This document shows, piece by piece, positions 48,289 through 64,000 of a stretch of DNA of 64,000 nt (positions are counted from its first letter, which is position 1; each line of letters starts with the position of its first letter). The DNA is from an uncultured SAR86 cluster bacterium (GTDB taxonomy: Bacteria; Pseudomonadota; Gammaproteobacteria; Magnimaribacterales; AG-339-G14). Where the stretch lies: assembly GCA_902616715.1 (NCBI GenBank), contig CACMTR010000002.1, positions 68,951 to 132,950 on the forward strand, read 5' to 3'. The position numbers and the translations under genes were made by a program. The notes beneath the pieces are model-generated. The model did not search any database. It was not told the DNA's origin and saw only the letters and a program-made list of their open reading frames with translations.

Positions 48289-49260
48289 ATGCCAAAGCTT
48301 AAATTTAAATTACCTGAAATCGAGACTCAAAATCTCTCTCTAATTTGCGGGCCTGTGAACGCAAATATTGAACAAATAGAAAGCTCTCTATCAATTAAAA
48401 TTAAGAGTAGGGGAAATAGTTTTTCAATTTCTGGTGAAAAAAATAATGTTGTAAAAGCAAGAATGATTCTGGAAGACCTCGCCGCTCTTGCCCAAACTAG
48501 TGAATCAGTTTCACCTGACGAAGTCCATTTTTCAATTTGTAGAGCGCTAAATGGGACCACATCAGATGTCGATGGAACAATTTTTGAACTTGAAAAAGAA
48601 AAAGATTTAACGATTCAAACTCCTAAGTTATATGTCACTCCAAGAAATAAATCACAAAAAAACTTTGTTCAAGCAATTATGGACCATGATATATCTTTCG
48701 GGATTGGCCCTGCTGGGACGGGTAAGACTTACATCGCAGTTGCAGCAGCAGTTAATATGTTTGTTGAAGAAAAGGTTAATAAAATTATCCTGACTAGACC
48801 GGCTGTGGAAGCTGGAGAACATTTAGGTTTTTTACCGGGCGATCTTTCTCAAAAAGTAGATCCTTATCTTCGTCCCCTTTATGATGCTTTGTTTGACATG
48901 ATGGGCCCAGAAAAAGTTGGTAGATTGATAGAAAATGGAAAAATAGAGGTCGCACCTCTCGCGTATATGAGAGGAAGAACTTTAAATGATGCCTTTTTAA
49001 TTTTAGACGAAGCTCAAAATTGTACTCCCGCTCAAATGAAAATGTTTCTTACAAGAATTGGCTTTGGTTCAACGGCAGTCGTTACCGGGGATATTACTCA
49101 AACAGACCTTCCTAAAGGCACGCCTTCAGGTTTATCTGATGCTGTTAAAATCTTAGACGGTCAAAAGGATATTGCCTTCCATTATTTTCACGCGGACGAC
49201 GTTGTAAGACATAATTTAGTACAAAAAATTATTGAAGCATACGAACGAAAAAAGGATTGA
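48289..49260 (+). CDS. ybeZ: PhoH-like ATPase (YbeZ)
   Basis: GPAGTGKT, RPAVEAGE.LGFLPG and MRGRT...ILDEAQN. Confidence 0.95.
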   Translation: MPKLKFKLPEIETQNLSLICGPVNANIEQIESSLSIKIKSRGNSFSISGEKNNVVKARMILEDLAALAQTSESVSPDEVHFSICRALNGTTSDVDGTIFELEKEKDLTIQTPKLYVTPRNKSQKNFVQAIMDHDISFGIGPAGTGKTYIAVAAAVNMFVEEKVNKIILTRPAVEAGEHLGFLPGDLSQKVDPYLRPLYDALFDMMGPEKVGRLIENGKIEVAPLAYMRGRTLNDAFLILDEAQNCTPAQMKMFLTRIGFGSTAVVTGDITQTDLPKGTPSGLSDAVKILDGQKDIAFHYFHADDVVRHNLVQKIIEAYERKKD

Positions 49261-49721
49261 TGCATCTTAGTCTAAATAATTTTAAATCATCAAAATTTAT
49301 CAAATTATCAAAATCAGAAATCTTGGATGTTGTTATAGAAGTATTGAAAACTGTTGAATATAAATTTACAAAAAATCATCAATTAAACTTAAGTTTTGTT
49401 AGTTCTGAGGAGATGCAATTATTAAATAAAACTTATAGAAATAAAGATAAACCCACTAATGTTTTATCTTTTGAATTGCCTGAAAATTTTCCAGTAGGTG
49501 ATGAAAAAACTTTAATCGGTGAAATTGCTTTATGCGAAGAGATAATTTATGAGGAATCAAAAAAATATAAAAAAATCTTTGAAAATAGATTAAAACATAT
49601 GATAATCCACGGCCTTCTTCACTTAATAGGATTTGATCACATTAAAAAAGAAGAAGAAAATAAGATGGAAAGTATTGAAAAGAAAATTATGAAAAGTATA
49701 TCCGCAGGAGATCCTTATTAG
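49257..49721 (+). CDS. ybeY: rRNA maturation endoribonuclease YbeY
   Basis: [14 protein letters not shown] and [11 protein letters not shown]. Confidence 0.95.
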   Translation: MMHLSLNNFKSSKFIKLSKSEILDVVIEVLKTVEYKFTKNHQLNLSFVSSEEMQLLNKTYRNKDKPTNVLSFELPENFPVGDEKTLIGEIALCEEIIYEESKKYKKIFENRLKHMIIHGLLHLIGFDHIKKEEENKMESIEKKIMKSISAGDPY

Positions 49722-49722
49722 G

Positions 49723-50610
49723 ATGAAAGAAGAACCTCCAAGTACTGAGGCTCAGTTGCATCAAAAACTGGGCATCTTCAAAAGAATTAGAAACAATTTA
49801 AGAGAGATTTATAGAAAAATTTCCTTTAAGCCTGTGAATCAGAACGAGTTAGCATCTGTTTTAAAAGAGGCTGAAGAAAATAACATCATTGACAAAGATG
49901 TGCTTGAGATGATGGAGGAAACCATTGAGTTTGCATCGATACCAGTAAGAGATGTAATGGTTCCAAGATCACAGATGATTTCTTTAAATGAATCCGATAG
50001 TACTGATCAATTAATTAATAAGGTTGTTAAATCCTCCCACTCTAGGTTTCCAGTTTTTAATGAGGACGAGTCCAAAATTATTGGAATATTACTTGCTAAA
50101 GATTTATTGAAATTTGCCCCAGGGCTCATAAATGAAGGTTTCAATATTGACGAGTTTGAAATACAGGAAATAGTAAGGCCTGTTAACCACATACCTGAAA
50201 GTAAAAAAATAAATGTCTTATTAGATGAATTTAAATCTAATAGAAGTCACATGGCGCTTGTTGTAGATGAATTTGGAGAAGTCAGTGGATTGGTTACTAT
50301 TGAAGACGTATTAGAAGAGATAGTCGGAGAAATAGAAGATGAGACAGATATTGGAGAAAAAACAAAAATTATTCAAAAATCTGAATCAGAATATTCTGTT
50401 CAAGCAATTACAGAAATTGAAGAATTTAATAAAAGTTTTTCTACTAATTTTTCCGATGAGGATTTTGATACTATTGGAGGCATTGTCACGAACAAATTTG
50501 GAAGATTTCCTAAAACTGGAGAGTCAATAAAAATCGACAATATAAAATTCAGCATTCTTTCTTCAAACAAAAGACAAATTAAAAAACTTAAAGTAGAAAT
50601 TAAAAACTAA
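49723..50610 (+). CDS. corC: CBS/CorC-HlyC domain Mg/Co efflux protein
   Basis: MVPRSQM, HSRFPV, VVDEFG and [16 protein letters not shown]. Confidence 0.93.
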   Translation: MKEEPPSTEAQLHQKLGIFKRIRNNLREIYRKISFKPVNQNELASVLKEAEENNIIDKDVLEMMEETIEFASIPVRDVMVPRSQMISLNESDSTDQLINKVVKSSHSRFPVFNEDESKIIGILLAKDLLKFAPGLINEGFNIDEFEIQEIVRPVNHIPESKKINVLLDEFKSNRSHMALVVDEFGEVSGLVTIEDVLEEIVGEIEDETDIGEKTKIIQKSESEYSVQAITEIEEFNKSFSTNFSDEDFDTIGGIVTNKFGRFPKTGESIKIDNIKFSILSSNKRQIKKLKVEIKN

Positions 50611-51518
50611 TTAATTTGAATATTTTTGTGTTTTATTAACTCTTCTGAAAATAATTTCACCAAGCCTTTAAGTTCTCTTTCTCCAGCATAATTTTGTCTA
50701 GATATTAAAGCAATCTCTCTATGAGGACCTTTTTCATCTAGTCTTATTTTTGATAACTCTGGATTGTCAGCAATAAGCTTAGTTACTGCCATTTCTGGAA
50801 CAAGCGTGGTTCCTATTCCTCCTTTTACCAACTCAATCGAAGTGCTTAAAGTAGATGCGTTGAAAGTAATTTTTGAAGTATTCTTTATTTTGCAAGCATT
50901 CAAAATATGGTCTTTTAAACAATTTCCTTCTTCGAGCATTATTAATTCCGATAAATCTAGGTCTTTCGCCTTAATTGAATGTTTATCTGATCTAGGATCT
51001 TCTTTTTTCGTAATCCAAAAAAAATTTTCGTTCCAAAACTTATTTACTCTGTAACCAGAGGTTTCAAATGGTAATGCCATAATTGCCATTTCTATTTCTC
51101 CAGAAGATATCTTTTTTAAAAGTACATCGGTTTGAGCCTCAACAATATTTAAATTTAAGTTTGGATAATCCTTCTTTATTCTTGGCAAAAGTATCGGAAG
51201 AAGGAAGGGTCCAATGGTCGGTATAATTCCTAAAGATATTGAATTTGAAAAAGGCTCTGAATTAAGTTCACTTAACTTACTTATGTTCTCAATTTCATTT
51301 TTAATATTTTTAGCTTTCTCTATTATTGATTGGCCTAGGTTTGTAACAATAACTTTTTTATTATCACGTTCAAAAATTTTAAGTCCAAGCTGACTTTCCA
51401 TTTCTGTTATTGCATTACTTAACGTGGAAGGGGAGACAAAACATTTTTCTGCCGCTTTTTTGAAATGCAGAGTTTCAGCTACAGCAATTGCGTAATTAAT
51501 CTGTTTTATTGAAATCAT
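50607..51518 (-). CDS. oxyR: hydrogen peroxide-sensing LysR regulator OxyR
   Basis: LysR HTH, IPTIGP and [14 protein letters not shown] (C-x8-C redox pair); divergent from katG. Confidence 0.9.
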   Translation of the reverse strand: MISIKQINYAIAVAETLHFKKAAEKCFVSPSTLSNAITEMESQLGLKIFERDNKKVIVTNLGQSIIEKAKNIKNEIENISKLSELNSEPFSNSISLGIIPTIGPFLLPILLPRIKKDYPNLNLNIVEAQTDVLLKKISSGEIEMAIMALPFETSGYRVNKFWNENFFWITKKEDPRSDKHSIKAKDLDLSELIMLEEGNCLKDHILNACKIKNTSKITFNASTLSTSIELVKGGIGTTLVPEMAVTKLIADNPELSKIRLDEKGPHREIALISRQNYAGERELKGLVKLFSEELIKHKNIQIN

Positions 51519-51523
51519 TTATG

Positions 51524-51538
51524 TTCGATTTTATCGAA
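51524..51538. promoter_or_regulatory. LysR-type (OxyR) operator palindrome
   Basis: TTCGA-TTTTA-TCGAA (T-N11-A core) in the oxyR/katG intergenic region. Confidence 0.55.
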
Positions 51539-51586
51539 TTATAAGTTAGAAAAATATATATTTAACAATATATGAAATAAAGGTAA

Positions 51587-53761
<2,175 letters not shown>

Positions 53762-53775
53762 GCTTTCATAACTCG

Positions 53776-53821
53776 GAGGTATTATTTCTAAATTACTTAG
53801 GTAAATAGAATATAATACCTC
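53776..53821. repeat. 46-bp imperfect inverted repeat between katG and coaD
   Basis: GAGGTATTAT-TTCTA...TAGAA-T-ATAATACCTC; overlaps the coaD TATAAT. Confidence 0.7.
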
Positions 53822-53822
53822 A

Positions 53823-54302
53823 ATGAGTCAAAAAGCTATTTATCCTGGTACTTTTGATCCAATCACCAAAGGACATGTCGATTTAATTGAAAGGGCTTGC
53901 GAATTATTTGATTCAGTTGTTATAGCCATTGCAGCTAGCGAAGCTAAAAATCCTTTATTTACTCTTGAAGAGAGAATTGAAATTGCAAAGAAAATATTTT
54001 CTGATAACAAAAAAATTGAAGTAATTGGCTTTTCAGGTCTATTGGTTGATTTAGCAAAAAACAATGATGCAAAAATTTTGATCAGAGGGTTAAGGGTTGT
54101 CGCCGATTTTGAATATGAATTTCAATTAGCCAATATGAATCGCGCAATGATGCCTGAATTAGAAAGTGTGTTTTTAACGCCTAAAGAAAAGTATTCCTAT
54201 ATTTCATCTACTCTTGTAAAAGAAATCTGCAAAATGGGCGGGGATGTTTCTGAATTTGTTCACCCAATTTCATTAGAAGCGTTAAAAAGTAAACTTTCTT
54301 AA
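53823..54302 (+). CDS. coaD: phosphopantetheine adenylyltransferase
   Basis: [21 protein letters not shown] and ISS..VKE. Confidence 0.97.
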   Translation: MSQKAIYPGTFDPITKGHVDLIERACELFDSVVIAIAASEAKNPLFTLEERIEIAKKIFSDNKKIEVIGFSGLLVDLAKNNDAKILIRGLRVVADFEYEFQLANMNRAMMPELESVFLTPKEKYSYISSTLVKEICKMGGDVSEFVHPISLEALKSKLS

Positions 54303-55114
54303 TTTTGACAAACAGGGCAGTACACAGTTTGCCTGTTTGCTTGTTTGATTAATTTCAACTTGGCTCCGCAAGTTAAACAGGGAAGATTGCCACGATCATA
54401 AACTCTTAGCTCTTTCTTAAAGTAACCAGGCGCTTCAGATGCGTTGGTGTAGTCTTTGAGTGTGGTTCCACCAGCTTCTATTGCCTCAGTCAAAGTCTGC
54501 CTTATGGCTCGAGACAGATCTTCGCAGTTGGTTTTTGAGAGTCTTCGTGATTGTTTCCTTGGGCGTATTCCAGCTAAAAAAAGCGCTTCATTAGCATAAA
54601 TATTCCCTACGCCAGTGACAACATTTGCATCCATGATTAAATTTTTTATCGGACGTGTTTTTTTTCTTGTGACTGAAAATAGGTATTCTCCGTTAAAGCT
54701 GTTACCAAGTGGTTCGGGTCCTAAATTTTTAAGTAATTTATGTTGATCAGGTTTAGTATCAATTTTTATTAAGGCACCAAACTTTCTAATGTCTGTATAT
54801 CTTAAGGTCCAACCATCAGTAAAATTGATATCCCAATGTTCATGTTTTTTTGGCTCAGTAGGTTTATTGAAAACTCTAAGTTTTCCTGACATACCTAAAT
54901 GAATTAATAGATGCCCTTTTGAAAGATTTAAAATAATGTATTTTCCTCTGCGTTCTGCAGAACATACCTTTTTGTTTTTAAGAAATTTTTTAAGGTTTTT
55001 ATTTATTGGCCACCTTAGTTTCTCAGTTCGAGGCTCAAAAGAATTTATTTGCTTATTTAGAATTTTTTTTGAAATTCCACGCAGAGTCGTTTCTACTTCG
55101 GGAAGTTCAGGCAT
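54299..55114 (-). CDS. mutM: formamidopyrimidine-DNA glycosylase
   Basis: [24 protein letters not shown] and a C-terminal C4 zinc finger. Confidence 0.97.
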   Translation of the reverse strand: MPELPEVETTLRGISKKILNKQINSFEPRTEKLRWPINKNLKKFLKNKKVCSAERRGKYIILNLSKGHLLIHLGMSGKLRVFNKPTEPKKHEHWDINFTDGWTLRYTDIRKFGALIKIDTKPDQHKLLKNLGPEPLGNSFNGEYLFSVTRKKTRPIKNLIMDANVVTGVGNIYANEALFLAGIRPRKQSRRLSKTNCEDLSRAIRQTLTEAIEAGGTTLKDYTNASEAPGYFKKELRVYDRGNLPCLTCGAKLKLIKQANRQTVYCPVCQN

Positions 55115-55115
55115 A

Positions 55116-56456
55116 TTAATCTGTCATAAAATTACTGATGTCATAAATATCAGCAGGAGATAAGATGCCAGCAGATAATTTGAGATTAAGTTCCGCAATA
55201 ATAAAATCATATTTAGAAGAATTAAAATCTCTCTGAGCTGAGAAAAAATTTCTTTCTGCATTAAGCAAATCTACGATATTTCTTGTATCAGATTCATACC
55301 CAAATTGAGTAGCTCGCAAAGCTGATTGGGAAGATTTTAATGCTTGTTCACGAGCTTTAACATTCGCTAGGTTTGTGAGTACAGATGAATAAGAAGATTT
55401 GATTTGTTGTTTAATTTTTCTTTCCATTAATATTTCTTCTTGTTGGGCTTTTTCAAAATTTGCATAAGCTTCCCTTCTTTCTGAACTTATAAGCCCACCA
55501 GCCATTAAAGGCCAGGAAAATTGAAGGCTGTATTTTCTATCTTCAATATAATTTTCTTCAAAACTAAAATTCCCACCAGCGAAGGAAGGTTGTCTACTAT
55601 TGTTTCTAGTCACATTAGCGACAAGGTCAACATCTGGGAAATGATCAGAAAGCTTACTTTGCGCATTTCTCTTAGAGGCTCTGGTAGCAAGTTTTGCAGC
55701 TTTCAAAGAAAAATTATTAGTTAAGCCCATACCTACCCATTGTTCTTGAGACTTAGGGTTAGGCGAGCTAACTGGATACGTTTCATTTAAATCAGCTAAA
55801 TCTGGCGCTTCTCCAATAATTGCAATTAATGCTTCACGAGCAAACTCCAATTGACCTTGACTAGCAATCCTTGAAACTTGGGATAGGTCATAAAATGCTT
55901 GTGCCTCTTGAAAATTTGTAACAGAGGAAACTCCCTCTTCAAAAAGTCTTTTTGCTATGTCTCTTTGCCTCTTGATTGCACTTTCTTCTGCTTGAGCTAC
56001 TTCCAAATTTTTTATCGCTTTTAATAAGTTGAAATATGTTATCGAAACCCTAGTTATTGTTTCTTGTTGAGCAAAAGCAAATTTGGCTTTAGCAATTTCG
56101 CTCATCGCTTTTCCTTGGCTGAATTGGAACCATCTATCAACCCTAAAGATGGGTTGAATTAAATCCGCAGAATATCCATAAGTATTATTTCCAGTACCAT
56201 CAAAAAAGGTGGATTGAGAACCTCGAAGAACTTCTGATTCATTCCAACTAGTAATGCCTCTAGTGGTCAGGCTTGGCAAGAGACCTGCTATTCCCTTAGC
56301 TTTAGCTTCTTTTTCAGCACGATAAGTTGCTTCTGCTATTTTTAATTCGGGATCTTTATCTAATGCTAATTCATAAATCTCGGCAAGAGATAATGATTGC
56401 CCACTTACAAAAATCGAAAGGAAGAATGAAAAAATAAGAAAATTTAATTTGAACAC
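55116..56456 (-). CDS. tolC: TolC-family outer membrane channel
   Basis: Signal peptide, two OEP repeats, R.IVDLLNAE; divergent from thiC. Start moved to GTG 56456. Confidence 0.9.
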   Translation of the reverse strand: MFKLNFLIFSFFLSIFVSGQSLSLAEIYELALDKDPELKIAEATYRAEKEAKAKGIAGLLPSLTTRGITSWNESEVLRGSQSTFFDGTGNNTYGYSADLIQPIFRVDRWFQFSQGKAMSEIAKAKFAFAQQETITRVSITYFNLLKAIKNLEVAQAEESAIKRQRDIAKRLFEEGVSSVTNFQEAQAFYDLSQVSRIASQGQLEFAREALIAIIGEAPDLADLNETYPVSSPNPKSQEQWVGMGLTNNFSLKAAKLATRASKRNAQSKLSDHFPDVDLVANVTRNNSRQPSFAGGNFSFEENYIEDRKYSLQFSWPLMAGGLISSERREAYANFEKAQQEEILMERKIKQQIKSSYSSVLTNLANVKAREQALKSSQSALRATQFGYESDTRNIVDLLNAERNFFSAQRDFNSSKYDFIIAELNLKLSAGILSPADIYDISNFMTD

Positions 56457-56513
56457 ATAAGAATTATATATCATTTAAAGTTGACACTGTAAACATTATA
56501 CAAATGATTATAA

Positions 56514-58277
<1,764 letters not shown>

Positions 58278-58361
58278 AGCTCAGGAAAAAGCCATGGAAC
58301 AAAAAGCACAGGAATTCAGAGATTCCGGAAGCAAAATTTATAATGAAATTTAGGAGAGAAC

Positions 58362-58838
58362 ATGATTAAAGTGGGAGAGCAATTACCCTCAGCAAAGCTA
58401 TTTAAGCTTGGAGAAAAAGGAGTAGATACCATTGACAGTACTGAGTATCTCGCTGATAAAAAGGTAGCCATAGTTTCTGTACCGAGTGCATTTTCGTCAA
58501 CATGTTCAATTCAACTCCCTGGTTATATTGAAAAAGCTGAAGAAATTATTTCAAAAGGTATAGATGAAATTGTTTGCTTAGCAGTGAATAATGCTTTTGT
58601 AATGAAAGCGTGGGAAAAGCACCTTGAGGCATCCGACAAAGTAACTTTTCTATCTGATGGAAATGGTGAGTTTTCCAAAGCTATGGGCCTTTTGGCAGAC
58701 GCTTCAATGATTGGTTTTGGAGAAATTTCAGCAAGGTACGCTGCTGTTGCGAATAATAATGTCTTAGAGGCAGTTTTTGTGGAATCGGGAACCGCTCTTG
58801 AAGTAAGTACAGCAGAAAATTTACTAAATAATCTTTAA
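58362..58838 (+). CDS. peroxiredoxin (Prx5-like/redoxin)
   Basis: PSAFSSTCS (PxxxSxxC), VNNAFVMKAW, DGNGEF and SARYA. Confidence 0.9.
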   Translation: MIKVGEQLPSAKLFKLGEKGVDTIDSTEYLADKKVAIVSVPSAFSSTCSIQLPGYIEKAEEIISKGIDEIVCLAVNNAFVMKAWEKHLEASDKVTFLSDGNGEFSKAMGLLADASMIGFGEISARYAAVANNNVLEAVFVESGTALEVSTAENLLNNL

Positions 58839-58840
58839 TT

Positions 58841-60736
58841 TTGGCCAACTCAAAATATACCGCTGAGTCAATTGAGGTCTTATCGGGATTAGAGCCCGTA
58901 AGGAAAAGACCTGGTATGTATACCGATACCTCAAGTCCAAATCACCTTGTCATGGAAGTTGTAGACAACAGTGTTGATGAAGCAATTGCAGGATACGCAA
59001 AAGAAATTTCTGTTTCTCTGCATAAGGATAATTCCATCTCTGTCGAAGATGATGGAAGGGGAATGCCAGTTGATTTGCATCCAGAGGAAAAAGTACCGGG
59101 CGTTGAATTAATATTTTCTAGATTACACGCAGGAGCCAAGTTCTCTAATAAGGAGTATGTTTTTTCAGGAGGTTTGCATGGAGTGGGAGTCTCAGTAGTA
59201 AATGCTCTTTCAAGTTATCTAAAAGCAGAAATCAAGAGAGATGGCTCTAAGTTTGCTATTGAATTTACTGACAGCTTGAAAAAAAAAGATCTAAAAAAAG
59301 TTGATTCGGTAGGGCAAAGAAATACGGGAACAAAAGTTGTCTTTAAACCAGATTCAAGTTTTTTTGATACTGAAAAAATTTCATCAAAAAACCTTTCTAA
59401 CGCTTTAAGAGCTAAAGCAGTCCTTTGTCCTGGACTCACCATAAAATATAAAGACGAAATTTCTAAAACTAGAGAAGAATGGTGTTACGTAGACGGCTTG
59501 GGAGATTATCTGGTAAATGAACTAGGCGAAGGTCTTTATATTCCTGAAAAACCAATTGTTGGGGAGCACATTGATAAAGATTCAGCTCTTTCATGGGCAC
59601 TAGTATGGGAGCGAGGTGAAAAAGAAAAAATTTCAGAAAGTTATGTAAATCTTATTCCAACTCCTCAAGGTGGGACCCATGTAAATGGAATGAAAAGCGG
59701 AATGACCGAGGCGCTAAAAGAATTTTGTGACTATAGAAAACTAATACCAAGAGGGGTCAAATTATCATCCGATGATGTATGGAAAAATTGTAATTTTGTT
59801 TTATCGGCTAAACTTACAGATCCTCAGTTTAGTGGCCAAACAAAGGAAAAATTGTCTTCAAAAGATTTTCAAAATGTAGCATCGTCAATTTCTAAAGATA
59901 GTCTTGCAATATGGTTGAATCAACATACTGAAGCGGCTGAAGAAATAGCTTTTATAGCTATTGAAAATGCTCAGGCAAGAGTGAAAGCTAGTCAAAAAGT
60001 TGAAAGAAAGAAGATCACAAAAGGAATAACGTTACCTGGAAAGTTATCAGATTGTGTTTCAGGAGAAATCTCAGAGACAGAATTATTTTTGGTTGAAGGA
60101 GAATCAGCAGGAGGATCAGCTAAACAGGCAAGAAATAGACAATTTCAAGCTGTAATGTCGCTTAAAGGAAAAATTTTAAATACTTGGGAAGTTGACACAG
60201 ATGCTGTTACACAATCACAAGAAGTGAAAGACATCGCTATGGCTTTAGGCTTGGAACCAGGTTGCAGGACTTTGGAAAATTTAAGGTACGGAAAAATATG
60301 TATTTTGGCCGATGCTGATACTGATGGCGCACATATTGCTACACTTATTTGCGCACTATTCTTAAAACATTTCAGGCCTCTGGTTGAAGCTGGGCATGTG
60401 TTTATAGCTCAACCTCCTTTATTTAGGATAGATCAAGGAAAAGAAGTGTTTTATGCCCTAGATGAAGATGAAAAAGAAAAGATAGTAAAGCAACTAAATT
60501 CAAAAAATAAGCAAAAGAAAATTGAGATTCAAAGATTTAAAGGTTTAGGAGAAATGAATCCAAGTCAGTTAAGAGAGACGACAATGGAGTTAGATGGAAG
60601 AAGGCTTCTAAAACTAACTTTAGAAAAAGGCAACACCTCTACTTCGTTAATGGATATGTTGTTGTCTAAAAAACGTGCAGGCGATAGAAAAAACTGGTTA
60701 GAAACAAAAGGAGACCTTGCTAGCTTAAATGAGTAA
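58841..60736 (+). CDS. parE: DNA topoisomerase IV subunit B
   Basis: [44 protein letters not shown] and RFKGLGEM. Confidence 0.97.
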   Translation: MANSKYTAESIEVLSGLEPVRKRPGMYTDTSSPNHLVMEVVDNSVDEAIAGYAKEISVSLHKDNSISVEDDGRGMPVDLHPEEKVPGVELIFSRLHAGAKFSNKEYVFSGGLHGVGVSVVNALSSYLKAEIKRDGSKFAIEFTDSLKKKDLKKVDSVGQRNTGTKVVFKPDSSFFDTEKISSKNLSNALRAKAVLCPGLTIKYKDEISKTREEWCYVDGLGDYLVNELGEGLYIPEKPIVGEHIDKDSALSWALVWERGEKEKISESYVNLIPTPQGGTHVNGMKSGMTEALKEFCDYRKLIPRGVKLSSDDVWKNCNFVLSAKLTDPQFSGQTKEKLSSKDFQNVASSISKDSLAIWLNQHTEAAEEIAFIAIENAQARVKASQKVERKKITKGITLPGKLSDCVSGEISETELFLVEGESAGGSAKQARNRQFQAVMSLKGKILNTWEVDTDAVTQSQEVKDIAMALGLEPGCRTLENLRYGKICILADADTDGAHIATLICALFLKHFRPLVEAGHVFIAQPPLFRIDQGKEVFYALDEDEKEKIVKQLNSKNKQKKIEIQRFKGLGEMNPSQLRETTMELDGRRLLKLTLEKGNTSTSLMDMLLSKKRAGDRKNWLETKGDLASLNE

Positions 60737-62957
60737 AGAAGAAAGCTTGCCAATTGGCGGTTATGCTGAAAAAGCATACTTAGAATATTCTATGTATGTA
60801 ATATTGGACAGAGCCTTACCTTTTGTCGGAGACGGCCTTAAACCAGTTCAAAGAAGAATTGTATATGCAATGTCCGAGCTAGGTTTAAAGTCTTCAGCTA
60901 AATTTAAAAAAAGCGCAAGAACGGTAGGAGATGTAATTGGAAAATTCCATCCTCATGGTGACGGCGCCGCATATGAGGCGATGGTGTTGATGGCTCAAGA
61001 ATTCTCAACAAGATATCCACTTATTGAGGGTCAAGGAAATTTTGGATCTTTGGATGATCCAAAAAGTTTTGCAGCCATGCGATACACCGAATGCAGACTT
61101 TCATCTTATTCACAAAATCTTTTAACTGAAATTTCTCAAGGCACGGTAGATTGGATGCCCAACTTTGATGGCACCCTGATTGAGCCAAAATTTTTACCAT
61201 CTAGATTGCCTAATGTTTTACTTAATGGAGCTTCTGGAATAGCTGTGGGAATGGCTACAGATATTCCTCCTCACAACTTAAAAGAAGTTGTCCAAGCAAC
61301 TATCGGCCTTTTAGATTCCCCTAAACTTTCAATCAAAGATTTGATGAGTTTTATACCAAGCCCTGATTTTCCTACAAAGGCTGAAATCATTTCCTCAAAA
61401 GAAGAGCTTGAAGAAATTTATACATCAGGAAGAGGCTCTATTAAATTAAGAGCTACTTATGAGATTGAAAATGGCGAAATAGTTATAAATTCGCTTCCTT
61501 ACCAAATTTCTTCATCAAAAATACTTGAGCAAATAGCTTCACAAATTGATTCAAAAAAAATTACTATGATTGAAGATTTAAGAGACGAAAGTGATGAAAC
61601 AAACCCAGTAAGAATTATCATTTCACCACGTTCTAATAGAATCGATAAAAATGCCTTAATGAGCCATTTGTTTGCGACGACAGAGTTGCAAAAAAATGTT
61701 CGTGTCAATCTTAATGCCATTGGTCTTAATGGAAAACCAAGAGTTTTTGACCTCAAGGGAATTTTAAAAGAATGGATAAAGTTTAGAACCGAGACGGTTA
61801 AAAGAAGACTTCAACATCGACTAGATTGGGTAAATGACCGATTACATATTTTAGATGGTCTATTAAAAGCGTATTTAAATCTTGACGAAGTGATAAAAAT
61901 TATCAGAACACATGACGAGCCAAAAAAGGCCTTAATGAAAAAATTTAAGCTTTCTGAGATACAGGCAAATGCAATTTTAGATATACGTCTAAGACAGTTA
62001 GCAAAGCTAGAAGAGGAAGCGATATTGTCAGAAAAAAAAGATCTATCTTCAGAGGCAAAAGAAATTGAAAAAATTCTAGGCTCTTCAAGTAGATTAAAAA
62101 CATTGTTAAAAAAAGAGCTTAAAGAGGATTTAGAAGAATACGGTGACGCTAGAAATAGTGATCTAGTAGAAGCGGAAGAAGCTAAGGCTTTCGATGAGAA
62201 AGATTTAATTTCAAATGACCCTATGACTGTAGTGTTATCCAAGAGAGGGTGGATTAGAGCTGCCAAAGGCCATGAGATAGATCCTGAAAGCCTGCAATAT
62301 CGAGAGGGAGATGACTTTCTTTCTTCAGTTACCGCACGTAATAGTCAAAATGCGGTAATAATCGATAGTTTTGGAAAAGCTTTTACTTTGCCTATTCATA
62401 AACTTCCTTCGGCTCGAGGACAAGGAGATCCGGTTTCTAGTAGCATTAACTCCCAATCTGGTTCTACATTCGCGGGGGTTGTTGCAGGAACAGAAGAAGA
62501 ATATTGTTTATTGGCTGCAAATAGTGGATATGGTTTTATTGCAAAAATAACAGACCTTCAAACAAAAAATAAATCTGGAAAAGCGGCTTTGAATACAAAA
62601 GGAGCAATTCCTCTTGGGCCTGAAAAATTTACTTCATTAGAAAATTCTTATATCGCTTCTATCACTCAAGAAGGAAAAATGCTTTTAATTGATTCCAAAG
62701 ATTTACCAATTCTTTCAAAAGGAAAGGGAAATAAAATTATCAATATTGATAAAAAGAAATTTGAATCGAGAGAAAATAAACTGGTCTTTATTAAAACACT
62801 TCAAAAAGGATCTGATCTTAAAATATATAGTGGCAAGCAAAGCTATACTGTCAAAGCTAAAGATTTAGAAAATTTTGTTGGAACAAGAGGTAGAAAGGGA
62901 AACTTTTTGCCAAAGGGATATAGAAGAGTAGAAAAATTGGAAGTCATTACCGAGTAA
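60729..62957 (+). CDS. parC: DNA topoisomerase IV subunit A
   Basis: [38 protein letters not shown] and AAMRYTE. Confidence 0.97.
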   Translation: MSKEESLPIGGYAEKAYLEYSMYVILDRALPFVGDGLKPVQRRIVYAMSELGLKSSAKFKKSARTVGDVIGKFHPHGDGAAYEAMVLMAQEFSTRYPLIEGQGNFGSLDDPKSFAAMRYTECRLSSYSQNLLTEISQGTVDWMPNFDGTLIEPKFLPSRLPNVLLNGASGIAVGMATDIPPHNLKEVVQATIGLLDSPKLSIKDLMSFIPSPDFPTKAEIISSKEELEEIYTSGRGSIKLRATYEIENGEIVINSLPYQISSSKILEQIASQIDSKKITMIEDLRDESDETNPVRIIISPRSNRIDKNALMSHLFATTELQKNVRVNLNAIGLNGKPRVFDLKGILKEWIKFRTETVKRRLQHRLDWVNDRLHILDGLLKAYLNLDEVIKIIRTHDEPKKALMKKFKLSEIQANAILDIRLRQLAKLEEEAILSEKKDLSSEAKEIEKILGSSSRLKTLLKKELKEDLEEYGDARNSDLVEAEEAKAFDEKDLISNDPMTVVLSKRGWIRAAKGHEIDPESLQYREGDDFLSSVTARNSQNAVIIDSFGKAFTLPIHKLPSARGQGDPVSSSINSQSGSTFAGVVAGTEEEYCLLAANSGYGFIAKITDLQTKNKSGKAALNTKGAIPLGPEKFTSLENSYIASITQEGKMLLIDSKDLPILSKGKGNKIINIDKKKFESRENKLVFIKTLQKGSDLKIYSGKQSYTVKAKDLENFVGTRGRKGNFLPKGYRRVEKLEVITE

Positions 62958-62962
62958 AAAAT

Positions 62963-64000
62963 TTATTCATTACTAACATTAGGTATTAATTGTTGGTTCA
63001 GTCTTTTCTTCTCCTTTATTTCTTCGATTGCTGCGTTAATTTCAAGGAATCTCTCTGGAGTAGCTGGATGAGTCGATGTATGACTCTGATTTATACTTCC
63101 AGGATGTTCTACAGCCATGTCACGCCAAAAATCAGCAACATTGTCTATTGAATATCCGGCTCTTTCCATATAATAGATTCCAACATAATCTGCTTCAGCC
63201 TCAAACTCTTGAGAATACATTCTCGCTCCTGCTTGACCAAATACACCTTGAGTATTTACACCATAATATGCAGCAGCTAAGTCAACTATTGTGCCAAGAA
63301 GGGAATTTGTTCTTAATTTTGAAATATGATCCATAATATTATGGCCAAGCTCATGCGCTATCACGAGTCCTAACTGTTCATCTTCTTCAGCAAATCTAAT
63401 CATACCTGTTGTTATGCCAATTTGACTTCCATTTGCAAAAGCATTCACTGAATCATTTTGAACAAGTAAGATTGGATAATTGCAAATTAGATCAGGATCA
63501 AACGTAGCAACTCTTTCTTCGCCTTGTCTTTTATAAACTACTTTTAAAGAATCTGATTTAACCCTAAGCTTTTCAAGCTCTTTATGAAATTTTTCTTTAT
63601 CTTCAGTAGCTTTAATATTATTGATCGATACAATTTCATCATTACTTCTAAGTCCGCTCTTAAAAGCCGAAGAGCTTGGGATAACATAAGTTAATAAAAG
63701 CCTATCATCGATTTCGTAAACTTCTTTCTCAACCTCTGAATATTTATCTGAAGCTACGTAAGCATTAAACATCACCCCAAGTGAGTTAATTGTGTTTTCA
63801 CATAACTCTGAAGAATTTTTTAAGAATTGGATAACCCACTTTTTGAAGTCTTTCATACCTAGCTTTAATTTTTTGAAGCGATAATTTTTTCTGAAGTCTT
63901 GTTTCTGCATCAAGTGCTTCGCTATCAATACTTATTCTTTGTGTTGAAGGGCCAGCACAAGAGCTTATCAAAGCAAAAATAAGAAGGAGTGTTATAAATC
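62963..64000 (-). CDS. M48-family metallopeptidase lipoprotein with PDZ-like domain (5' end off window; frameshift at 63816-63821)
   Basis: NAFA, IAHELGH, YSQEFEAEADY and STHP. The true N-terminus (FITLLLIFALISSCAGP...) is in another frame. Confidence 0.85.

Noticed and set aside
63822-63928. Track N-terminus MIAKHLMQKQDFRK... of the M48 peptidase
   Set aside because: Artefact of the frameshift; a proper lipoprotein signal exists in the neighbouring frame.

Overview
AT-rich, tightly packed chromosomal segment of a streamlined gammaproteobacterium. The gene order is Pseudomonas-like with many neighbours deleted, which is consistent with a marine SAR86-type lineage (inference, not proven). Most of the window is core genome: gshA, pckA, selO, rmuC, dsbB, polA, engB, cyt c4-dsbA, lptM-lysA-dapF-DUF484-xerC-HAD, metK-ahcY-argH, tkt-pgk-class I aldolase, ubiE-ubiB-hisE-tatABC, orn-miaB-phoH-ybeY-corC, oxyR/katG, coaD, mutM, tolC, thiC, prx, parE-parC. 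I saw no rRNA, tRNA, CRISPR, IS or prophage. The ORF track misses the partial qor gene, tatA, lptM and several small ORFs. Items worth follow-up: (1) a pseudoazurin carrying a cytochrome c5-type N-terminal segment, possibly a copper-for-heme swap; (2) a sigmaE-type promoter driving an ErsA/Spot42-position sRNA with three anti-Shine-Dalgarno motifs, in a genome where several core genes look leaderless; (3) an Ict/Ich/Ccl-like (itaconate-type) CoA pathway; (4) an uncharacterised DUF3604-rotamase-HupE/UreJ operon; (5) a stand-alone 33-aa membrane peptide gene with interlocked strand-specific hairpins; (6) thiC without a TPP riboswitch; (7) two homopolymer frameshifts, in thiC and the M48 peptidase, that may be sequencing errors.
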